NCBI GenBank assembly: GCA_964016885.1
Contig: CAXHJY010001177.1
Coordinates: 1-39,258 of the forward strand
Length of the DNA: 39,258 nt
Direction: 5' to 3'
Source: Eledone cirrhosa
Lineage: Eukaryota
Positions 22,601 to 35,300 of the stretch are shown here, in pieces. The translations under genes were made by a program, and so were the position numbers. How positions within the stretch are numbered: the first letter of the stretch is position 1; each line of letters starts with the position of its first letter. Under the pieces are notes generated by a model. It had not been told where the DNA came from, did not search any database, and worked only from the letters and a program-made list of their open reading frames with translations.

Positions 22601-25600
22601 AACGAGACATTCGTATGCGAAAGAACGTTTGTCTGGAAGTGGCGATCCATGCCCGGTGGATAGTTGGTTCCGGGTTTTACTATGATTGTTGCAAAACAGA
22701 AACTTAAAGGGATTGACAGAATTTGCGATTACGGAGAGGGGGCGATCCGTCTGCTTGATTCCGATAACGAACGAGACATTCGTATCCGAAAGAACGTTTG
22801 TCTGGAAACTGGTGAGTCAGTGAGTCGAAAAAAAAATATCTCGGTGGTAGTGGCAAATATTCGAACGAGACATTCGTATGCGAAAGAACGTTTGTCGGTG
22901 GTAGTAGCAAATATTCGAACGAGACATTCGTATGCGAAAGAACGTTTGTCTGGAAGTGGCGATCCATGCCCGGTGGATAGTTGGTTCCGGGTTTTACTAT
23001 GATTGTTGCAAAACAGAAACTTAAAGGGATTGACAGAATTTGCGATTACGGAGAGGGGGCGATCCGTCTGCTTGATTCCGATAACGAACGAGACATTCGT
23101 ATCCGAAAGAACGTTTGTCTGGAAACTGGTGAGTCAGTGAGTCGAAAAAAAAAATATCTCGGTGGTAGTAGCAAATATTCGAACGAGACATTCGTATGCG
23201 AAAGAACGTTTGTCGGTGGTAGTAGCAAATATTCGAACGAGACATTCGTATGCGAAAGAACGTTTGTCGGTGGTAGTAGCAAATATTCGAACGAGACATT
23301 CGTATGCGAAAGAACGTTTGTCTGGAAGTGGCGATCCATGCTCGGTGGATAGTTGGTTCCGGGTTTTACTATGATTGTTGCAAAACAGAAACTTAAAGGG
23401 ATTGACAGAATTTGCGATTCCGGAGAGGGGGCGATCCGTCTGCTTGATTCCGATAACGAACGAGACATTCGTATCCGAAAGAACGTTTGTCTGGAAACTG
23501 GTGAGTCAGTGAGTCGAAAAAAAAAATATCTCGGTGGTAGTAGCAAATATTCGAACGAGACATTCGTATGCGAAAGAACGTTTGTCGGTGGTAGTAGCAA
23601 ATATTCGAACGAGACATTCGTATGCGAAAGAACGTTTGTCTGGAAGTGGCGATCCATGCCCGGTGGATAGTTGGTTCCGGGTTTTACTATGATTGTTGCA
23701 AAACAGAAACTTAAAGGGATTGACAGAATTTGCGATTACGGAGAGGGGGCGATCCGTCTGCTTGATTCCGATAACGAACGAGACATTCGTATCCGAAAGA
23801 ACGTTTGTCTGGAAACTGGTGAGTCAGTGAGTCGAAAAAAAAAATATCTCGGTGGTAGTAGCAAATATTCGAACGAGACATTCGTATGCGAAAGAACGTT
23901 TGTCGGTGGTAGTAGCAAATATTCGAACGAGACATTCGTATGCGAAAGAACGTTTGTCGGTGGTAGTAGCAAATATTCGAACGAGACATTCGTATGCGAA
24001 AGAACGTTTGTCTGGAAGTGGCGATCCATGCTCGGTGGATAGTTGGTTCCGGGTTTTACTATGATTGTTGCAAAACAGAAACTTAAAGGGATTGACAGAA
24101 TTTGCGATTCCGGAGAGGGGGCGATCCGTCTGCTTGATTCCGATAACGAACGAGACATTCGTATCCGAAAGAACGTTTGTCTGGAAACTGGTGAGTCAGT
24201 GAGTCGAAAAAAAAAATATCTCGGTGGTAGTAGCAAATATTCGAACGAGACATTCGTATGCGAAAGAACGTTTGTCGGTGGTAGTAGCAAATATTCGAAC
24301 GAGACATTCGTATTCGAAAGAACGTTTGTCTGGAAGTTGCGATCCATGCCCGGTGGATAGTTGGTTCCGGGCTTTACTATGATTGTTGCAAAACAGAAAC
24401 TTAAAGGGATTGACAGAATTTGCGATTCCGGAGAGGGGGCGATCCGTCTGCTTGATTTCGATAACGAACGAGACATTCGTATCCGAAAGAACGTTTGTCT
24501 GGAAACTGGTGAGTCAGTGAGTCGAAAAAAAAAATATCTCGGTGGTAGTAGCAAATATTCGAACGAGACATTCGTATGCGAAAGAACGTTTGTCGGTGGT
24601 AGTAGCAAATATTCGAACGAGACATTCGTATGCGAAAGAACGTTTGTCGGTGGTAGTAGCAAATATTCGAACGAGACATTCGTATGCGAAAGAACGTTTG
24701 TCTGGAAGTGGCGATCCATGCCCGGTGGATAGTTGGTTCCGGGTTTTACTATGATTGTTGCAAAACAGAAACTTAAAGGGATTGACAGAATTTGCGATTC
24801 CAGAGAGAGGGCGATCCGTCTGCTTGATTCCGATAACGAACGAGACATTCGTATCCGAAAGAACGTTTGTCGGTGGTAGTAGCAAATATTCGAACGAGAC
24901 ATTCGTATGCGAAAGAACGTTTGTCGGTGGTAGTAGCAAATATTCGAACGAGACATTCGTATGCGAAAGAACGTTTGTCTGGAAGTGGCGATCCATGCCC
25001 GGTGGATAGTTGGTTCCGGGTTTTACTATGATTGTTGCAAAACAGAAACTTAAAGGGATTGACAGAATTTGCGATTCCGGAGAGAGGGCGATCCGTCTGC
25101 TTGATTCCGATAACGAACGAGACATTCGTATCCGAAAGAACGTTTGTCTGGAAACTGGTGCAGTCAGTGAGTCGAAAAAAAAATATCTCGGTGGTAGTAG
25201 CAAATATTCGAACGAGACATTCGTATGCGAAAGAACGTTTGTCGGTGGTAGTAGCAAATATTCGAACGAGACATTCGTATGCGAAAGAACGTTTGTCTGG
25301 AAGTGGCGATCCATGCTCGGTGGATAGTTGGTTCCGGGTTTTACTATGATTGTTGCAAAACAGAAACTTAAAGGGATTGACAGAATTTGCGATTCCGGAG
25401 AGAGGGCGATCCGTCTGCTTGATTCCGATAACGAACGAGACATTCGTATCCGAAAGAACGTTTGTCTGGAAACTGGTGAGTCAGTGAGTCGAAAAAAAAA
25501 TATCTCGGTGGTAGTAGCAAATATTCGAACGAGACATTCGTATGCGAAAGAACGTTTGTCGGTGGTAGTAGCAAATATTCGAACGAGACATTCGTATGCG

Positions 25601-27330
25601 AAAGAACGTTTGTCTGGAAGTGGCGATCCATGCTCGGTGGATAGTTGGTTCCGGGTTTTACTATGATTGTTGCAAAACAGAAACTTAAAGGGATTGACAG
25701 AATTTGCGATTCCGGAGAGGGGGCGATCCGTCTGCTTGATTCCGATAACGAACGAGACATTCGTATCCGAAAGAACGTTTGTCTGGAAACTGGTGAGTCA
25801 GTGAGTCGAAAAAAAAATATCTCGGTGGTAGTAGCAAATATTCGAACGAGACATTCGTATGCGAAAGAACGTTTGTCGGTGGTAGTAGCAAATATTCGAA
25901 CGAGACATTCGTATGCGAAAGAACGTTTGTCTGGAAGTGGCGATCCATGCCCGGTGGATAGTTGGTTCCGGGTTTTACTATGATTGTTGCAAAACAGAAA
26001 CTTAAAGGGATTGACAGAATTTGCGATTACGGAGAGGGGGCGATCCGTCTGCTTGATTCCGATAACGAACGAGACATTCGTATCCGAAAGAACGTTTGTC
26101 TGGAAACTGGTGAGTCAGTGAGTCGAAAAAAAAATATCTCGGTGGTAGTGGCAAATATTCGAACGAGACATTCGTATGCGAAAGAACGTTTGTCGGTGGT
26201 AGTAGCAAATATTCGAACGAGACATTCGTATGCGAAAGAACGTTTGTCGGTGGTAGTAGCAAATATTCGAACGAGACATTCGTATGCGAAAGAACGTTTG
26301 TCTGGAAGTGGCGATCCATGCCCGGTGGATAGTTGGTTCCGGGTTTTACTATGATTGTTGCAAAACAGAAACTTAAAGGGATTGACAGAATTTGCGATTC
26401 CGGAGAGAGGGCGATCCGTCTGCTTGATTCCGATAACGAACGAGACATTCGTATCCGAGAGAACGTTTGTCTGGAAACTGGTGAGTCAGTGAGTCGAAAA
26501 AAAAATATCTCGGTGGTAGTAGCAAATATTCGAACGAGACATTCGTATGCGAAAGAAAAATATCTCGGTGGTAGTAGCAAATATTCGAACGAGACATTCG
26601 TATGCGAAAGAACGTTTGTCTGGAAGTGGCGATCCATGCCCGGTGGATAGTTGGTTCCGGGTTTTACTATGATTGTTGCAAAACAGAAACTTAAAGGGAT
26701 TGACAGAATTTGCCATTCCGGAGAGGGGGCGATCCGTCTGCTTGATTCCGATAACGAACGAGACATTCGTATCCGAAAGAACGTTTGTCTGGAAACTGGT
26801 GAGTCAGTGAGTCGAAAAAAAAATATCTCGGTGGTAGTAGCAAATATTCGAACGAGACATTCGTATGCGAAAGAACGTTTGTCTGGAAGTGGCGATCCAT
26901 GCTCGGTGGATAGTTGGTTCCGGGTTTTACTATGATTGTTGCAAAACAGAAACTTAAAGGGATTGACAGAATTTGCGATTCCGGAGAGGGGGCGATCCGT
27001 CTGCTTGATTCCGATAACGAACGAGACATTCGTATCCGAAAGAACGTTTGTCTGGAAACTGGTGAGTCAGTGAGTCGAAAAAAAAATATCTCGGTGGTAG
27101 TAGCAAATATTCGTATGCGAAAGAAAAGATCTCGGTGGTAGTAGCAAATATTCGAACGAGACATTCGTATGCGAAAGAAAAATATCTCGGTGGTAGTAGC
27201 AAATATTCGAACGAGACATTCGTATTCGAAAGAACGTTTGTCTGGAAGTTGCGATCCATGCCCGGTGGATAGTTGGTTCCGGGCTTTACTATGATTGTTG
27301 CAAAACAGAAACTTAAAGGAATTGACAGAA
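19684..27330 (+). repeat. rRNA-mosaic satellite, 23 units of 263-413 bp (mode 317-318)
   Basis: Each unit has GATTCCGGAGAGGG, GATTCCGATAACGAACGAGAC, GAAACTTAAAGGGATTGAC (18S-like) and TCTCGGTGGTAGTAGCAAATATTCGAACGAGA (28S-like); length varies mainly with a 54-bp subrepeat. Confidence 0.92.
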
Positions 27331-27370
27331 TTTTCGAATCGACATCAACTCGGCTACGGCTATCCCGTCG

Positions 27371-27705
27371 AGTACGAGAGTATCGCGGGATCAGAGCAAC
27401 GGTTTGCTAGGCTGCCTCTGAGCGATAACGGCTGAACGCCTCCTCTAAGCCGGAACCCTAGCCGGACCCGAGTTGTTTTTCGACAAGCGTCTCGACCTTC
27501 TTAAGGCCCATGCCTTAGTTTGGCGATTGCCGTCCGTTCGCCGACGGCGGCAGCGTCAGCGGAAATGCCATTCTGTGACGACTACGACGATTCGTCGTCG
27601 TCGTCGTCCATTCGATTTCCTGAAAGAGATAGAGACTAAAGTGATCAAATTGTTCGGAGTTACGTGCTTAGTAGAGCAGCTACCACACTGCAATCTATTG
27701 AGAGT
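27371..27705 (+). pseudogene. Fragmented 28S rRNA 3' end
   Basis: AGTACGAGAG; GCTAGGCTGCC...ATAACGGCTGAACGCCTC..CTAAGCCGGAACC; GTAGAGCAGCTACCACACTGCAATCTATTGAGAGT resembling the terminal 28S sequence. Confidence 0.75.
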
Positions 27706-28587
27706 TTTCTGACGAACGATACAATCCGCCCACGTGGCGCCAGAAAGGGAGAAGAAAAGAAAAGTTAGACGCCGCCGATCGATCGGTTCGTTGTTTTACG
27801 TGTACACAGCTTGTGTGTGTGTCTGTATGTGATACAAGCCGCCTATCCGTCTTCCAAGTAAGTTTTGTGTGTAGACTGCGGAAAGAAATCCAATCCGCCG
27901 TCTAGGCGGTTCTGCCGCCGACCCATACTTTTGCGAGTCGCTCCCGGGAAAGACAGGCGGCAAGACGGCGTGTATACACGACGCCTTCCGTCTTCCGCCT
28001 CGAACCCGGGCAAACGTTCCTTTATTCGTCCACGCCTTCCCGCTTCGATCGCGAGAAAGTAATCAATCTGTTTTGTGTGTGTGTCTGTGTGTGATACAAA
28101 TTTGTTTTCTTAATTTGATAACCATGAATTGTTTCAACACCGGCCCTTTTAAGGGCCACTTATATTTTCAATAATCAGTTTAAATGGGTTGCACCGTAGC
28201 CACTTGGTAATACACTGCAAATCTCCCGTCAATCTATGAAGGTTTTGTAGTAGATTAGATCAAAACACAATCAGCAAGACAGTAATGGAATGAATAATAT
28301 AAACATTTGTTTATAATTAAAGCCTTAAGATGTCCCTCCCTCCCTCCCTTCCTCCCTTCCTTCCTTCCTTCCTTCCTTCCTTCCTTACGATATACACTTT
28401 AATAACATTGAAACTTATTTAATAAGTTTAAATTTTAAACACTTTTTATTCAGACGTACCGCGATAAGTAACTAGATATGTTCTAACGAATAATCCGCGA
28501 TGTGGCGAGGATTACCGCGATAGGAAATTAGATACGTTCCAAAGAAATATCCGCGAAAAGTGAACCGCGATATAGCGGGTTCACCAG

Positions 28588-28648
28588 CCAGTGTATTACT
28601 GGTACTTTATTTTATCGACCCCCATAAGGATGAAAGGCAAAGTTAACT
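28588..28648 (-). mobile_element. SINE core fragment
   Basis: Reverse complement of GTTAACTTTGCCTTTCATCCTTATGGGGGTCGATAAAATAAAGTACCAG. Confidence 0.75.
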
Positions 28649-28740
28649 GTGCAATAACAAAGGGAGATAACCTCGTCTTTTTTTTTTTACGGAGTTATTT
28701 CCCTTTAAATTTTATCTATTACTTATGATGATACAATTTA

Positions 28741-28874
28741 ATCAGTTCTTAGCTGTCGAGACACTGCATCCTTTAAAACCTCCATGGAACAAGCTACCTG
28801 CAACAGTTGTTAGCTGTCGAGACACTGCATCTTTTAAAACCTCCATGGAACAAACTACCTGCATCAGTTGTTAG
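28741..28874 (+). repeat. About 2.2 tandem ~61-bp copies of a CR1 3'-end segment
   Basis: CATGGAACAAACTACCTGC..CAGTTGTTAGCTGTCGAGACACTGCATCCTTTAA matches the reverse complement of about 4258-4313. Confidence 0.75.
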
Positions 28875-28932
28875 GGTCTGAGTTCAAATCACGCCGAGGA
28901 GGTTAACTTTGCCTTTCATCCTTACGGGGTCG
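28875..28932 (+). mobile_element. SINE fragment
   Basis: Nearly identical to 1749-1803 (GGTCTGAGTTCAAATCACGCCGAGG..TTAACTTTGCCTTTCATCCTTACGGGGTCG). Confidence 0.8.
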
Positions 28933-29142
28933 GTCGGAAAACGAACCATTCCCGGTTCGCTTTCGAAGCGGGTTTCCGAAAACAGCGCTTCTCTCGACCG
29001 GGCCCGTCGTCCGCTCGGCGGTGGTTTTCATCGTCCCAGGCACGGCTAACAGGCGGAGACGGGACAAACGCGCGTGTTCCTTTTTTTATCAGCCGCAGCG
29101 CCGTTCGTATATATGCTTAGGTTGTTTTTTTTTTAAATATCC

Positions 29143-29373
29143 TAAGTTAAGTTGGGGCTAAGTTAAGTTGGGGCTAAGTTAAGTTGAGGTTAAGTTGAGT
29201 TGGGGTTAAGTTAAGTGGGGGTTAAGTTAAGCTGGGGTTAAGTTAAGTTGAGGTTAAGTTAAGTTGGGGTTAAGTCAAGTTGGGGTTAAGTTAAGTTGGG
29301 GTTAAGTTAGGTTGGGGTTAAGTTAGGTTGGGGTTAAGTTAAGTTGGGGTTAAGTTAGGTTGCGGTTAAGTTA
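29143..29373. repeat. 16-bp G-rich telomere-like repeat (GGGGTTAAGTTAAGTT)n, about 14 copies
   Basis: Direct inspection. Confidence 0.9.
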
Positions 29374-32300
29374 CATTCGCCGCCGGACTTCAGCTTCCTC
29401 ATTTAGCATGGGCAGTTTTTCTTGAAAATCACACCACACACAGCAAATGTGTGTCCGCACATGTACCAGTAATTACAGATCGATTCCGGTGAAAATTCAC
29501 TGAAAACGGGCCATCCGGCCCTGTGCGTCGATCGTGGGCCGGCCGGATGTTGACGGATCGATGTGTAATTAGAAGTACATGTGCGGACACTCATTGGCTG
29601 TGCGTGGTATGCATTTCAGCAAGATATCTCCGTAACATCAAGAGTTATGGCTGTGGAGGCACACCTAGTCAAACGTAAACAAGGTCTGGAGCGTTTACGC
29701 TTCGCGATTTTGTTTACGTTTGACTAGGTGTGCCTCCACAGCCACAACTCTTGATGTTACGGAGATATCTTGCTGAAATGCATACCGCGCACAGCCAATG
29801 AGTGTCCGCACATGTACTTCTAATTACACATCGATCCGTCAACATCCGGCCGGCCCACGATCGACGCACAGGGCCGGATGGCCCGTTTTCAGTGAATTTT
29901 CACCGGAATCGATCTGTAATTACTGGTACATGTGCGGAGACACATTTGCTGTGTGTGGTGTGATTTTCAAGAAAAACTGCCCATGCTAAATGAGGAAGCT
30001 GAAGTCCGCCGGCGAATGGTGTGCTTCGAAGAAAACTAATTCGAAAATGACCGTTTGCAGGCGGAGTAACCTTTTCGATCGTGGGCCAGCCGCCCGTGGT
30101 GGGATCCATCTGTAATTACTGGTACATGTGCGGACATACATTTGCTGTGTGTGGTGTGATTTTCAAGAAGAACTGCCCATGCTAAATGAGGAAGCTGAAG
30201 TCCGCCGGCGAATGGTGTGCTTCGAAGAAAACTAATTCGAAAATGACCGTTTGCAGGCGGGGTAACCTTTTCGATCGTGGGCCAGCCGCCCGTGGTGGGA
30301 TCCATCTGTAATTACTGGTACATGTGCGGACACACATTTGCTGTGTGTGGTGTGATTTTCGAGAAAGACTGCCCATGCTAAATGAGGAAGCTGAAGTCCG
30401 CCGGCGAATGGTGTGCTTCGAAGAAAACTAATTCGAAAATGACTATTTGCCGGCGGAATCACCTTTTCGGTCCTGGTCCGGCCGGATCTTGCCGGATCGA
30501 TCGGAAATTTGTGGACCATGTTCGGAAGGCCATTGTGCATGTGTGGTGAAAAAAATTTGTGTCGAAATCTTCTCGGAAAATAACGGATCGCCGGCGGAGA
30601 TTGCCATTTCGATCGTGGGCCGGCCGGATCTTGTCGGATCGATTCGGACATATGTGCATCGTGTTCGCAAGGCCCTTGTCTATGTGTGGTGTGATTTTCA
30701 TAAAGAAATTCCGAAAAACCCAGTTTTAAATCTGATTTCGCCAAAGAATTTTGGCTATCAGATCGGGTTGAAAGGTATGGTTTCAGGTCGATCTGAAAGT
30801 CTAAAATGGAATTCACTCGGTTAGCTAACTATTGATATTTCGGAGATATCTTTCTGAAAATCACACCACACACTCCCAATGAGTGTCTGCACATGTACCA
30901 GTAATTACAGATGGATCCCACCACGGGCGGCCGGCCCACGATCGAAAAGGTTACTCCGAAGCACACCATTCGCCGGCGGAATTCATTTAGCATGGGCAGT
31001 TTTTCTCGAAAATCACACCACACACAGCCAATGAGTGTCCGCACATGTACCAGTAATTACAGATGGATCCCACCACGGGCGGCTGGCCCACGATCGAAAA
31101 GGTTACTCCGCCTGCAAACGGTCATTTTCGAATTCGTTTTCTTCGAAGCACACGATTCGCCGGCGGACTTCAGCTGCCTCATTTAGCATGGGCAGTTTTT
31201 CTCGAAAATCACACCACACACAGCAAATGTGTGTCCGCACATGTACCAGTAATTACAGATCGATTCCGGTGAAAATTCACTGAAAACGGGCCATTCGGCC
31301 CTGTGCGTCGATCGTGGGCCGGCCGGATGTTGACGGATCGATGTGTAATTAGAAGTACATGTGCGGACACTCATTGGCTGTGCGTGGTATGCATTTCAGC
31401 AAGATATCTCCGTAACATCAAGAGTTATGGCTGTGGAGGCACACCTAGTCAAACGTAAACAAGCTCTGGAGCGTATACGCTTCGCGATTTTGTTTACGTT
31501 TGACTAGGTGTGCCTCCACAGCCACAACTCTTGATGTTACGGAGATATCTTGCTGAAATGCATACCACGCACAGCCAATGAGTGTCCGCACATGTACTTC
31601 TAATTACACATCGATCCGTCAACATCCGGCCGGCCCACGATCGACGCACAGGGCCGGATGGCCCGTTTGCAGTGAATTTTCACCGGAATCGATCTGTAAT
31701 TACTGGTACATGTGCGGACACACATTTGCTGTGTGTGGTGTGATTTTCACGAAAAACTGCCCATGCTAAATGAGGAAGCTGAAGTCCGCCGGCGAATGGT
31801 GTGCTTCGAAGAAAACTAATTCGAAAATGACCGTTTGCAGGCGGAGTAACCTTTTCGATCGTGGGCCAGCCGCCCGTGGTGGGATACACCTGTAATTACT
31901 GGTACATGTGCGGACACACATTTGCTGTGTGTGGTGTGATTTTCGAGAAAGACTGCCCATGCTAAATGAGGAAGCTGAAGTCCGCCGGCGAATGGTGTGC
32001 TTCGAAGAAAACTAATTCGAAAATGACTATTTGCCGGCGGAATCACCTTTTCGGTCCTGGTCCGGCCGGATCTTGCCGGATCGATCGGAAATTTGTGGAC
32101 CATGTTCGGAAGGCCATTGTGCATGTGTGGTGAAAAAAATTTGTGTCGAAATCTTCTCGGAAAATAACGGATCGCCGGCGGAGATTGCCATTTCGATCGT
32201 GGGCCGGCCGGATCTTGTCGGATCGATTCGGACATATGTGCATCGTGTTCGCAAGGCCCTTGTCTATGTGTGGTGTGATTTTCATAAAGAAATTCCGAAA

Positions 32301-35300
32301 AACCCAGTTTTAAATCTGATTTCGCCAAAGAATTTTGGCTATCAGATCGGGTTGAAAGGTATGGTTTCAGGTCGATCTGAAAGTCTAAAATGGGATTCAC
32401 TCGGTTAGCTAACTTTTGATATATCGGAGATATCTTTCTGAAAATCACACCACACACTCCCAATGAGTGTCTGCACATGTACCAGTAATTACAGATGGAT
32501 CCCACCACGGGCGGCCGGCCCACGATCGAAAAGGTTACTCCGAAGCACACCATTCGCCGGCGGAATTCATTTAGCATGGGCAGTTTTTCTCGAAAATCAC
32601 ACCACACACAGCCAATGAGTGTCCGCACATGTACCAGTAATTACAGATGGATCCCACCACGGGCGGCTGGCCCACGATCGAAAAGGTTACTCCGCCTGCA
32701 AACGGTCATTTTCGAATTCGTTTTCTTCGAAGCACACGATTCGCCGGCGGACTTCAGCTGCCTCATTTAGCATGGGCAGTTTTTCTCGAAAATCACACCA
32801 CACACAGCAAATTTGTGTCCGCACATGTACCAGTAATTACAGATCGATTCCGGTGAAAATTCACTGAAAACGGGCCATTCGGCCCTGTGCGTCGATCGTG
32901 GGCCGGCCGGATGTTGACGGATCGATGTGTAATTAGAAGTACATGTGCGGACACTCATTGGCTGTGCGTGGTATGCATTTCAGCAAGATATCTCCGTAAC
33001 ATCAAGAGTTATGGCTGTGGAGGCACACCTAGTCAAACGTAAACAAGCTCTGGAGCGTATACGCTTCGCGATTTTGTTTACGTTTGACTAGGTGTGCCTC
33101 CACAGCCACAACTCTTGATGTTACGGAGATATCTTGCTGAAATGCATACCACGCACAGCCAATGAGTGTCCGCACATGTACTTCTAATTACACATCGATC
33201 CGTCAACATCCGGCCGGCCCACGATCGACGCACAGGGCCGGATGGCCCGTTTGCAGTGAATTTTCACCGGAATCGATCTGTAATTACTGGTACATGTGCG
33301 GACACACATTTGCTGTGTGTGGTGTGATTTTCACGAAAAACTGCCCATGCTAAATGAGGAAGCTGAAGTCCGCCGGCGAATGGTGTGCTTCGAAGAAAAC
33401 TAATTCGAAAATGACCGTTTGCAGGCGGAGTAACCTTTTCGATCGTGGGCCAGCCGCCCGTGGTGGGATACATCTGTAATTACTGGTACATGTGCGGACA
33501 CACATTTGCTGTGTGTGGTGTGATTTTCGAGAAAGACTGCCCATGCTAAATGAGGAAGCTGAAGTCCGCCGGCGAATGGTGTGCTTCGAAGAAAACTAAT
33601 TCGAAAATGACTATTTGCCGGCGGAATCACCTTTTCGGTCCTGGTCCGGCCGGATCTTGCCGGATCGATCGGAAATTTGTGGACCATGTTCGGAAGGCCA
33701 TTGTGCATGTGTGGTGAAAAAAATTTGTGTCGAAATCTTCTCGGAAAATAACGGATCGCCGGCGGAGATTGCCATTTCGATCGTGGGCCGGCCGGATCTT
33801 GTCGGATCGATTCGGACATATGTGCATCGTGTTCGCAAGGCCCTTGTCTATGTGTGGTGTGATTTTCATAAAGAAATTCCGAAAAACCCAGTTTTAAATC
33901 TGATTTCGCCAAAGAATTTTGGCTATCAGATCGGGTTGAAAGGTATGGTTTCAGGTCGATCTGAAAGTCTAAAATGGGATTCACTCGGTTAGCTAACTTT
34001 TGATATATCGGAGATATCTTTCTGAAAATCACACCACACACTCCCAATGAGTGTCTGCACATGTACCAGTAATTACAGATGGATCCCACCACGGGCGGCC
34101 GGCCCACGATCGAAAAGGTTACTCCGAAGCACACCATTCGCCGGCGGAATTCATTTAGCATGGGCAGTTTTTCTCGAAAATCACACCACACACAGCCAAT
34201 GAGTGTCCGCACATGTACCAGTAATTACAGATGGATCCCACCACGGGCGGCTGGCCCACGATCGAAAAGGTTACTCCGCCTGCAAACGGTCATTTTCGAA
34301 TTCGTTTTCTTCGAAGCACACGATTCGCCGGCGGACTTCAGCTGCCTCATTTAGCATGGGCAGTTTTTCTCGAAAATCACACCACACACAGCAAATTTGT
34401 GTCCGCACATGTACCAGTAATTACAGATCGATTCCGGTGAAAATTCACTGAAAACGGGCCATTCGGCCCTGTGCGTCGATCGTGGGCCGGCCGGATGTTG
34501 ACGGATCGATGTGTAATTAGAAGTACATGTGCGGACACTCATTGGCTGTGCGTGGTATGCATTTCAGCAAGATATCTCCGTAACATCAAGAGTTATGGCT
34601 GTGGAGGCACACCTAGTCAAACGTAAACAAGCTCTGGAGCGTATACGCTTCGCGATTTTGTTTACGTTTGACTAGGTGTGCCTCCACAGCCACAACTCTT
34701 GATGTTACGGAGATATCTTGCTGAAATGCATACCACGCACAGCCAATGAGTGTCCGCACATGTACTTCTAATTACACATCGATCCGTCAACATCCGGCCG
34801 GCCCACGATCGACGCACAGGGCCGGATGGCCCGTTTGCAGTGAATTTTCACCGGAATCGATCTGTAATTACTGGTACATGTGCGGACACACATTTGCTGT
34901 GTGTGGTGTGATTTTCACGAAAAACTGCCCATGCTAAATGAGGAAGCTGAAGTCCGCCGGCGAATGGTGTGCTTCGAAGAAAACTAATTCGAAAATGACC
35001 GTTTGCAGGCGGAGTAACCTTTTCGATCGTGGGCCAGCCGCCCGTGGTGGGATACATCTGTAATTACTGGTACATGTGCGGACACACATTTGCTGTGTGT
35101 GGTGTGATTTTCGAGAAAGACTGCCCATGCTAAATGAGGAAGCTGAAGTCCGCCGGCGAATGGTGTGCTTCGAAGAAAACTAATTCGAAAATGACTATTT
35201 GCCGGCGGAATCACCTTTTCGGTCCTGGTCCGGCCGGATCTTGCCGGATCGATCGGAAATTTGTGGACCATGTTCGGAAGGCCATTGTGCATGTGTGGTG

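Noticed and set aside
17379-27259. Repeated ORFs (MGPVGRRR..., MVPGFTM..., up to 406 aa)
   Set aside because: By-products of tandem repeats; many start at GTG/TTG, frames shift with poly-A length, no protein motifs.
17516-27330. CRISPR-like array
   Set aside because: No unique spacers between repeats, no cas genes, eukaryotic context.
19491-27705. Functional rRNA operon
   Set aside because: Only about 185 nt of 18S is colinear; the rest is scrambled and no 5.8S was recognised.
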